Positions 56,987-64,000 of a DNA stretch of 64,000 bases are shown one piece after another. The translations under genes and the position numbers were made by a program. The stretch comes from Escherichia phage VEc20. Positions within the stretch are counted from its first letter, which is position 1; each line of letters opens with the position of its first letter. A model generated the notes under the pieces. That model made no database searches. It had not been told where the DNA came from and saw only the letters and a list, made by a program, of their open reading frames with translations. Location of the stretch: the sequence record MN022785.1; one strand, 5' to 3'.

Positions 56987-57199
56987 TCATTTTTGTCCTG
57001 TATTTACTTTATGCCGATGCACGGCCTTAACTTTATCAAGGTATTTTTCAAAATTTCGCAATCTAGTATAGTCTGCCGGAGATTGGTTGAGTGATACTTC
57101 TCGACGCAAAGCTGAAATGATATTTCCAACTTCCCTACGAATTTCATCTAATTGAAGCACAGTAAGATTGCGAAGTTGCTTTTCAGTTAATTGTAGCAT
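56987..57199 (-). CDS. hypothetical protein (rI.1 position)
   Basis: 70-aa ORF with AAAGGGG RBS. Confidence 0.5.
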
Positions 57200-57224
57200 A
57201 TATACCCCTTTAGTTAGATAAACC

Positions 57225-57232
57225 TATTTATA
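57225..57232 (-). promoter_or_regulatory. T4 late promoter TATAAATA upstream of rI.1/rI
   Basis: plus strand tatttata about 26 nt upstream of ATG at 57199. Confidence 0.5.
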
Positions 57233-57241
57233 ACTTTTGCA

Positions 57242-57823
57242 CTAACCGAGCTTTTTAGTTAATTCATTCCAATGTTTTCTACACAAAGAAACATAAATTT
57301 CATCACCAATACAGATTTGATTACCTTCTTTAACGGGTGTTCCATCTTCCATTAATCGAGCTGTCATAATAGCTTTTTTACCACAATGACAAACTGCCTT
57401 TAGTTCAATAAGTTTATCTGCAATCGCTAAAAGTTCTTTAGAACCTTCAAACAATTTTCCAGCGAAATCAGTCCTTAATCCATAAGCCATAACAGGAACA
57501 TTATATGTATCAACAATTCGACTTAATTGATGCACTTGTTCAGTTTTTAAAAACTGGGCTTCATCTACAAATACGCAATGAATATCTTTTTGTGCTTCAG
57601 CCCATTTATAGAACTCGAAAATATCCATATCATCTGTAATAATATTCGCTTCCTGTTTAATTCCAATGCGAGAAACAACTTCACAGACAGAATCGCGAGT
57701 ATCAATAGCGGGTTTAAGAACTAATACACTCATTCCACGTTCTTTATAATTATGTGCGGCAGTCAAAAGAGAAGCAGATTTTCCAGCATTCATTGCTGCA
57801 TAAGTAAAAATTAAACTCGCCAT
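57242..57823 (-). CDS. tk: thymidine kinase
   Basis: 193-aa ORF; P-loop AMNAGKS and C-terminal zinc-binding cysteines. Confidence 0.9.
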   Translation of the reverse strand: MASLIFTYAAMNAGKSASLLTAAHNYKERGMSVLVLKPAIDTRDSVCEVVSRIGIKQEANIITDDMDIFEFYKWAEAQKDIHCVFVDEAQFLKTEQVHQLSRIVDTYNVPVMAYGLRTDFAGKLFEGSKELLAIADKLIELKAVCHCGKKAIMTARLMEDGTPVKEGNQICIGDEIYVSLCRKHWNELTKKLG

Positions 57824-57832
57824 ATCACCTTC

Positions 57833-58018
57833 TTAAAGCGTATTCACATAAGCTATTAATTCATTTTCTTTCTTATCAAACCGATCAGCAAATTCTTCCT
57901 GCTGTTCGGGAGATAACGGGCCGTATTCATCATAAAAGGTGTTTGCTTCTGTATGCTCATCTAGAAGTTCATGGATAAGCTCAAATAATTTATCTTTTTG
58001 TTCTTTACTCAGACTCAT
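57833..58018 (-). CDS. hypothetical acidic protein
   Basis: 61-aa ORF. Confidence 0.5.
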   Translation of the reverse strand: MSLSKEQKDKLFELIHELLDEHTEANTFYDEYGPLSPEQQEEFADRFDKKENELIAYVNTL

Positions 58019-58188
58019 ATATTAATTTCCAAAAGTTTTAAAATAATTCGCTTTTGCTTAAATATTTCCACAGTTAAATGATCAGTATCTTTTTGACCGA
58101 TTCCAATGACAAAACCTTTATTAACAGCGAGTTCAATTAAATTATCAAGCTCACGTAACACTTCGTATTGTAACTCAAAACTATTCAT
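58015..58188 (-). CDS. hypothetical small protein (57 aa)
   Basis: hand-translated MNSFELQYEVLRELDNLIELAVNKGF...; stop overlaps next ATG. Confidence 0.35.
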   Translation of the reverse strand: MNSFELQYEVLRELDNLIELAVNKGFVIGIGQKDTDHLTVEIFKQKRIILKLLEINI

Positions 58189-58397
58189 TTTGGTTTACCT
58201 TCTTTAACGAAATCTGGATAAAGATAAAATCCCGAATAAAATCCTTCACCTTTATGATTGATGCATCCTTTATTAGAACAATAGCACCAATAATCGAAAT
58301 CACAAACCATTTCATCGTTGCATAAAGCAAAAACAACCGGCCATTTACACTTTTCGCAGTGGGCATTTTTAAGAATACTAGTTTGGCTCATAACCAT
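58185..58397 (-). CDS. Cys-rich zinc-binding protein
   Basis: 70-aa ORF with about 8 cysteines (CEKCKW...CDFDYWCYCSNKGC). Confidence 0.5.
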   Translation of the reverse strand: MVMSQTSILKNAHCEKCKWPVVFALCNDEMVCDFDYWCYCSNKGCINHKGEGFYSGFYLYPDFVKEGKPK

Positions 58398-58615
58398 GTC
58401 ACCTTCAAGCAGTATTCTTCTACATGCTGTTTACGACCTTTCTTATCAATAAAGGTATATTCAACGAATGTTCCAATGTAGTCTTTATCTACATCATGCG
58501 GACTATTAATTGGACATTTAGTACGGCAAATGCGTTCCCATTGACGAATAATTACTGCCTTATTCTTTGGGTCATATGGATGTGGATAATGTATATTCAT
58601 AATAACGGTTCCCAA
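58388..58615 (-). CDS. hypothetical protein
   Basis: 75-aa ORF. Confidence 0.5.
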   Translation of the reverse strand: MGTVIMNIHYPHPYDPKNKAVIIRQWERICRTKCPINSPHDVDKDYIGTFVEYTFIDKKGRKQHVEEYCLKVTWL

Positions 58616-59064
58616 TCAACAATCACAATTTCTAATTTAGAGGAATATGTATCTAAAATCCCCTCAATAATATCCCAGTTCCCTTTACCTATGCCTGCAC
58701 CAATCCTAGGCATATAGATTGTAGGTTTAATCAGTTTATTTTCACCAAACTCATTTAATTCTAACATACAATTCATTAAAGCGGAATACTCAAAATTTGG
58801 CCCTGGTTGAAATTGAGTATAAAGATTAAAGCAGTAAGCTTTATGAGTCCTAAAGTATTTTTCATAAACTGAGTAAGAACCAAGTTTAGTTACATCACCC
58901 CATTCAGTCTGTAATTTATCAGCTTCCAAAATTTTAGGGAAAGCTTTGGTTAATTGACCCGCTACGCCTGAACCCATAGTATGAAAACAATTACATCCAT
59001 GCGCAATATTTTTACCTTCAGCGAAAAGGGCGACAATATCGCCCTTGATATATTTTACAATCAT
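58597..59064 (-). CDS. macro-domain protein (ADP-ribose binding/hydrolase-like)
   Basis: 155-aa ORF; motifs HGCNCFHTMGSGVAG and PRIGAGIGKG typical of macrodomains. Confidence 0.6.
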   Translation of the reverse strand: MIVKYIKGDIVALFAEGKNIAHGCNCFHTMGSGVAGQLTKAFPKILEADKLQTEWGDVTKLGSYSVYEKYFRTHKAYCFNLYTQFQPGPNFEYSALMNCMLELNEFGENKLIKPTIYMPRIGAGIGKGNWDIIEGILDTYSSKLEIVIVDWEPLL

Positions 59065-59408
59065 CTAGTACTCAATCCTCGATTATAAGAATCTACCAAA
59101 CGGTCAACCATTGAATGACAAGCGGCTTTATCTTTCTCCTCCGCAACTGAACATTCTAAGGTATTCCACTTTTTAGCATATCGTTTTAATAATGTATCGT
59201 TTTTGTATCTGCTTGATTTATCTCTTTCTCCGTCTTTATATGCATATATTAATTTCTGTGCAAATTCAGCTTGGCATGCTTTATTTTTCCCACAATAATC
59301 TGCCGCAGTGCGGTTTACATATTCTCTAATTTCAGTATATGATGTATCTGCTGACGCAGAAGCAGAAAATGAAATTAATCCTATACATAAAACCAAAATT
59401 TTAGTCAT
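59061..59408 (-). CDS. secreted protein (vs position)
   Basis: 115-aa ORF with cleavable signal peptide. Confidence 0.5.
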   Translation of the reverse strand: MTKILVLCIGLISFSASASADTSYTEIREYVNRTAADYCGKNKACQAEFAQKLIYAYKDGERDKSSRYKNDTLLKRYAKKWNTLECSVAEEKDKAACHSMVDRLVDSYNRGLSTR

Positions 59409-59946
59409 TTACTATTTCCAAAAGTTTATTATTTTTAAGGTAATTAGCCTTTTCTAGGACTTCAGAAGCATATTTAGAACCTGCTTTAACATTCCATCCC
59501 GAATTATAAGAGGATATTGCTTTTCTTATATCGCCCTTATGTATATTTAACCAATAAGAAAGTTCAATGTACGCCCAGGAAGCTGAATTGGATCGTTTAT
59601 TCAACATTCTTTTTATTTCAGCATCGGTCATATTATAACCAAGTTCCTTAACTCTTGCTCGCATAGTAGGCAAATAATTTTGGAACATTCCATAAGCGTG
59701 ATGCTTTGGTTTAGGTTTTAAATTAACTCCGCCAGAGCTTTCTTGCCATAAAATAGCAGCCATTATATGACCTAATCCGCTCTTGTGGATATTTTTGTGT
59801 GTTTTATATTTTCCATCCTTAGAAAATTGTTCCCCGAATTGATACGCGTAACGCATGTTATCGAGTTGGACATTACTGAAAGTATGCTCGGAGCTATGTG
59901 CCATCATTGAAATGGCCAATAGACCAGCGAGTAGTGCTTTTCTCAT
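59401..59946 (-). CDS. secreted lytic-transglycosylase-like protein
   Basis: 181-aa ORF; signal peptide; QESSGG...YGMFQ resembles SLT catalytic motif. Confidence 0.5.
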   Translation of the reverse strand: MRKALLAGLLAISMMAHSSEHTFSNVQLDNMRYAYQFGEQFSKDGKYKTHKNIHKSGLGHIMAAILWQESSGGVNLKPKPKHHAYGMFQNYLPTMRARVKELGYNMTDAEIKRMLNKRSNSASWAYIELSYWLNIHKGDIRKAISSYNSGWNVKAGSKYASEVLEKANYLKNNKLLEIVND

Positions 59947-59953
59947 GCTTACC

Positions 59954-60415
59954 TCATTGAGTTTTAATTACTGCTTTAGAAGCCTTTCCTGGTAAACGAC
60001 GACTATTGATAATTGCCATCCTGCACTGAAGTGACGGGTCTTTGAACTTCGCATTAGGTTTACAAACTGTAAATCCAAGCCAAAGATTTCCATCTGTGAT
60101 TTCTAAACGTCCAGGACGATATTCAACCCCATCAATAAAATCCTCGTCAATATCAGGACGCGGAGGCATACTCAGGAATTCATTAACTTCTAAAACATGG
60201 TCTTTTATTTTATGGAATAATTCAAAAACGTATGTCTCATCAATCTCCCGTTGAATTGCGCGATCAAGAAGATGTTGAGAATATTTTAGATGAAACGATG
60301 AGACTCCTGCTGCTTTTGATGCCTCACGAATCTCATTGTTAATTTGACGAAACTCCGACTCAAAGTGACGACGAAGCTTATTTCGACGGATAAAAACTTC
60401 TGTATTGATAGTCAT
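59954..60415 (-). CDS. regB: RegB endoribonuclease
   Basis: 153-aa ORF; size and position match. Confidence 0.8.
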   Translation of the reverse strand: MTINTEVFIRRNKLRRHFESEFRQINNEIREASKAAGVSSFHLKYSQHLLDRAIQREIDETYVFELFHKIKDHVLEVNEFLSMPPRPDIDEDFIDGVEYRPGRLEITDGNLWLGFTVCKPNAKFKDPSLQCRMAIINSRRLPGKASKAVIKTQ

Positions 60416-60442
60416 GTTATTCTCCTCTTAACTGATAGAAAA

Positions 60443-60472
60443 ATTATACCACAGTCAAGAGGAAAAGTAAAC
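60443..60472 (-). promoter_or_regulatory. T4 early-type promoter upstream of regB (GTTTAC, 18 nt, TGGTATAAT)
   Basis: perfect extended -10. Confidence 0.55.
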
Positions 60473-60474
60473 AG

Positions 60475-60795
60475 TTATTCTTTAAATCTAATCAATTTAT
60501 TCATAGACTTTGAAACTTCTGCACGAACCTCATGTAGATTTTTGAGCTGTTCAAGACGCTGCGTATAGTAAGCAATTTCATCTTCTTCGAGACAGTCCTG
60601 TGAATCTTCTTTAAGATACCGTGCATAGTCCTGGAAAGCGTTACGGACTACTTCCTGGAAGTCATCAAGACTTTGAATTTTCTTAGGAGCAGCAGACACA
60701 CGACGAGGGGCAGTATAATACTCATAACCAAACCCTGCGCTTAATTGAGCCATTAGTATTTTTCCTCTGGTTGGAACACAGCACGACAAGCCCAC
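60475..60795 (-). CDS. hypothetical protein (vs.3 position)
   Basis: 106-aa ORF. Confidence 0.5.
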   Translation of the reverse strand: MGLSCCVPTRGKILMAQLSAGFGYEYYTAPRRVSAAPKKIQSLDDFQEVVRNAFQDYARYLKEDSQDCLEEDEIAYYTQRLEQLKNLHEVRAEVSKSMNKLIRFKE

Positions 60796-61055
60796 ATACT
60801 GGCTTCTTTGAGTTTCGTTTTAGCAATAGCTAACTGATCGAGGCTTTCAGCATAATTCTTCGCGAGTTCAAAGTCTTCGCAATCGTCCCACGCTTCCCAG
60901 AATTCATCATATAAAGCATCAAAGATAAGTCCTAAACGAACTTCAGCGTCTTTAATAGCATTTACTTTACCGATTTTTTCGTCGGTATGTGGTTTATAAC
61001 CCTTAATATCTTCAATCATATTTGACTTCCTCACCAGTGCATAAATCGTATTCAA
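60753..61055 (-). CDS. hypothetical protein (vs.4 position; T4 vs.4 is the anti-CBASS sponge Acb2)
   Basis: 100-aa ORF; assignment positional only. Confidence 0.45.
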   Translation of the reverse strand: MNTIYALVRKSNMIEDIKGYKPHTDEKIGKVNAIKDAEVRLGLIFDALYDEFWEAWDDCEDFELAKNYAESLDQLAIAKTKLKEASMWACRAVFQPEEKY

Positions 61056-61233
61056 CTAAACGAATAGGTTCATGAATGCCATATCCCTGAACAGAAATTT
61101 CTGTCGTAGGATAAATTCCATCAATATCACCCATATTCCAGGCTTCATTAAATTGCTGTTCGCCTGAATTACTAAACCACTCGGCGAAAGCATTTAGCAC
61201 ATCTTCAGAACCTTCAATAATTATCTTTGCCAT
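61012..61233 (-). CDS. hypothetical protein
   Basis: 73-aa ORF. Confidence 0.5.
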   Translation of the reverse strand: MAKIIIEGSEDVLNAFAEWFSNSGEQQFNEAWNMGDIDGIYPTTEISVQGYGIHEPIRLVEYDLCTGEEVKYD

Positions 61234-61595
61234 TACAAACTCTCGGTAAAGGTACGAGCGATAACGTCGCGCTGCTGTTCCGGAGTCAGAGAGTTAAAGC
61301 GAACTGCATAACCGGATACACGGATGGTCAGCTGCGGATATTTTTCCGGATGCTTAACTGCATCTTCCAGAGTTTCACGACGCAGAACGTTAACGTTCAG
61401 GTGTTGACCACCTTCAATTTTAACTGTAGGCTGTGGCTCAATTTCAATTTCACGGGCATGCAAACCATAGAAAATTTCTGGGTCTACAAAAGAGTCCTCT
61501 TTAAAGGTTTTAGAAACGATAATTCGTGCTTGAATACCATCTTCAAAATAAATAGTGCCTTTGTGTGTGCCTTCAAGAATTTGATATGCTTTCAT
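61233..61595 (-). CDS. autonomous glycyl radical cofactor (GrcA/YfiD-like)
   Basis: 120-aa ORF; C-terminal [59 protein letters not shown] matches E. coli GrcA radical domain. Confidence 0.85.
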   Translation of the reverse strand: MKAYQILEGTHKGTIYFEDGIQARIIVSKTFKEDSFVDPEIFYGLHAREIEIEPQPTVKIEGGQHLNVNVLRRETLEDAVKHPEKYPQLTIRVSGYAVRFNSLTPEQQRDVIARTFTESL

Positions 61596-61602
61596 ATAAA
61601 CC

Positions 61603-61983
61603 TCAATTAGAAAATAAATTTATCCAAGATTGTTCTTTAATTAAAAACGGCTCAGAATCATATGCCATTAAACTTTGCGTAATTAATCCTTTAAAAGGTC
61701 CATCAATAAATTCCATGGTAAAATACGGAATTTTATTCATTAATCTTGCATTAGGAGCAGTGCACAAAACTCTGCATCCTTTGAATACGCCTTTTTGTAA
61801 TTTGTATTGCTTGGGATAAAATTCGCTCAAAATGTTATTTTTTGCCAAAATTTCAAAATGATTCACCAATTTATTTTTAATAGTTTTTGGTGAAAAATAA
61901 AGATATTCGAAAAGCTGAGTGTCTGTCATCATTGCATTCCGATTACGAAAAACTGTGGACGAGTAATACCACCAATGCAACAT
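61603..61983 (-). CDS. hypothetical protein
   Basis: 126-aa ORF. Confidence 0.5.
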   Translation of the reverse strand: MLHWWYYSSTVFRNRNAMMTDTQLFEYLYFSPKTIKNKLVNHFEILAKNNILSEFYPKQYKLQKGVFKGCRVLCTAPNARLMNKIPYFTMEFIDGPFKGLITQSLMAYDSEPFLIKEQSWINLFSN

Positions 61984-62516
61984 TTAATATTACAGCAGCA
62001 GTGTACAGTGTCAATATGGACACTATAAATCTTATCCATATCAGGAGATTTGACAGGCTCATCAATTATATACAAAATTCGCGAAAGCGATAAACCTCTG
62101 AACTTGCTTCCTTTATTACCAATAAAACTGCGCACAGAATCAGTAAATAAACGAAAACGTATATCATCATTAGAATAACGCGAAAATTCCTTTTTAATAT
62201 TATCTGCGGAAATTTTAGCGTAAGCTGAAGTATTAGAAAGAACAATAACTGTTCCACCGTCATACAACCAATTAGCGGCAAAATTAGTTACTGCAGTTGA
62301 TTTACCAGATTGACGCCCACCATCTAGTCGAAGTGTACAATACTGTTTAAGTAAGTCTTCAAATGGCGGGATATATTCGTTTTTACAAATTTCTTCTACT
62401 CTAGCATCAGAATGGTGTGTAAAAGCATTCATCAGGGATAGATAAGGACCAGTTAAAAATGTTCTCATTTTGTTCTCTCTAGGTTTGGGCCATTCCATGG
62501 CGCATGAATTGTCCAT
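61929..62516 (-). CDS. small P-loop NTPase
   Basis: 195-aa ORF; Walker A GGRQSGKST, Walker B ILYIIDEP; C-terminal Cys cluster. Confidence 0.5.
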   Translation of the reverse strand: MDNSCAMEWPKPRENKMRTFLTGPYLSLMNAFTHHSDARVEEICKNEYIPPFEDLLKQYCTLRLDGGRQSGKSTAVTNFAANWLYDGGTVIVLSNTSAYAKISADNIKKEFSRYSNDDIRFRLFTDSVRSFIGNKGSKFRGLSLSRILYIIDEPVKSPDMDKIYSVHIDTVHCCCNIKCCIGGITRPQFFVIGMQ

Positions 62517-62613
62517 TTCTGTATTTACCCATTACCGCACTTGGGCTCGACCTTATTACAGGTTGGCGGGAATCCCTCACAGAATCATGAGGTCCAGGTT
62601 ATTCCCATGTTAT

Positions 62614-63030
62614 TTAAATGTAAATATTTTTGCCGTAATACTTATACCAGTGTGGCTTCATTAAAATTTTTTCATCGAGTCGTTGTTGACTCAACTTAAT
62701 AGCTGATTTGCATGGATTATAATCATTTTTCCATTCTACTGGAATATCGCTGATGTCAGGAACTTCAGTATCTTTTATACTGAACCCGCGTTTTAAGCAT
62801 TCCGTTATAATGTCCGATTGACGCTTTCGCAAAAATTCTAACTTATCGTAAAAGAAAGTAACATGACCAGAACCTAAAATAAATTTAGAAGATATTTTAA
62901 AATCTTTAACGCGCTTACCGTTTGCCACATGCTTACGAACTATACCAAAAACACGCGGCAATTCACGGTATTCTGCGATTAAATGTTGATCAGCAAGTTC
63001 AGATACTAAAGTCAAATTAATACGAGTCAT
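62614..63030 (-). CDS. denV: endonuclease V (pyrimidine-dimer DNA glycosylase)
   Basis: 138-aa ORF; N-terminus [17 protein letters not shown] recognisable. Confidence 0.9.
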   Translation of the reverse strand: MTRINLTLVSELADQHLIAEYRELPRVFGIVRKHVANGKRVKDFKISSKFILGSGHVTFFYDKLEFLRKRQSDIITECLKRGFSIKDTEVPDISDIPVEWKNDYNPCKSAIKLSQQRLDEKILMKPHWYKYYGKNIYI

Positions 63031-63049
63031 TTTATCCCTCCAAGTAACT

Positions 63050-63085
63050 GTGAATATACTATCACAATTCTAGGAGAAAGTAAAC
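63050..63085 (-). promoter_or_regulatory. T4 early-type promoter upstream of denV
   Basis: GTTTAC, 18 nt, TGATAGTAT. Confidence 0.45.
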
Positions 63086-63089
63086 AACT

Positions 63090-63620
<531 letters not shown>

Positions 63621-64000
63621 TTAAAAGAGGCTGTTCATTATTCGGTAAAGTGAAGGACCCATCACATATTGCCACTGAGTACGAGGAATAAGAGCAAAAG
63701 CATCCATCTCTGGAATCATAACGCCATCTTTATTTTCAAAATAAGACTCGCAATGGCAATTTCTAAACATCTTATGCTCTACTGGAATCGTATAATAAAA
63801 TAACTGTAAGTCTTTATTACTAGAATATTTAAATACACCTAGGTCTTCTAGAAGGTCTGGATTATAATTGCTAAAACCGGTCTCTTCTAAGCATTCTCTT
63901 TTTGCAGCTTCCAGTGCATTCAAATCAGAACTTTCTACACGTCCCTTTGGAATATCCCAGCGATGTGCCATCATTCCAGGCTTACGAGAACCAGTAACCC
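63621..64000 (-). CDS. nudE: Nudix hydrolase NudE, 5' end truncated by window
   Basis: Nudix box AKRECLEETGF; ORF open to window end. Confidence 0.75.
   Translation of the reverse strand, partial: VTGSRKPGMMAHRWDIPKGRVESSDLNALEAAKRECLEETGFSNYNPDLLEDLGVFKYSSNKDLQLFYYTIPVEHKMFRNCHCESYFENKDGVMIPEMDAFALIPRTQWQYVMGPSLYRIMNSLF

Noticed and set aside
62517-62613. Possible tRNA or small RNA gene in the denV/vs.8 spacer
   Set aside because: No cloverleaf: no 7-bp acceptor stem, no T-loop GTTCRA motif; only simple hairpins.

Overview
This window is the early/middle-gene region of a T4-type (T-even, Tequatrovirus-like) coliphage, running from rIIA (pos 1) to lysozyme e and the start of nudE (pos 64000). 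Almost every gene is on the minus strand, tightly packed, with many ATGA/TAATG stop-start overlaps. Recognisable T4 homologues, in order: rIIA, topoisomerase gene 39, dexA, dda, modA/modB, soc, 56, 61, 61.1-61.5 (including spackle and dmd), 41, 40, uvsX, 42, imm, 43, regA, 62, 44, 45, rpbA, 46, 47, alpha-gt, 55, nrdG, nrdD, 49, pin, nrdC, rI, tk, regB, a GrcA-like gene, denV and e. Non-coding sequence is dominated by repeated T4-early-type promoters (-35 GTTTAC, -10 TGnTA(t/c)TAT/TATAAT), MotA-box middle promoters, TATAAATA late promoters and GC-stem hairpins with UUCG-type loops, often paired as promoter-plus-stem-loop cassettes. Departures from T4 as I remember it (not checked against any database): topoisomerase is one uninterrupted 606-aa ORF; no homing-endonuclease gene between soc and 56; no dam between 56 and 61; a 280-aa GT-A glycosyltransferase sits where beta-gt would be; a GIY-YIG homing endonuclease lies between it and gene 42; the spackle homologue carries an in-frame TAG; nrdD is intron-less; no ip genes between denV and e. 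No CRISPR array, tRNA or rRNA was found. Candidate uncharacterised modules are a nucleotidyltransferase/membrane-protein/tandem-paralog cluster (52.7-55.3 kb), an AAA ATPase block (49.1-51.8 kb) and four tandem coiled-coil paralogs (45.1-49.1 kb). Hand-derived coordinates may be off by 1-2 nt.
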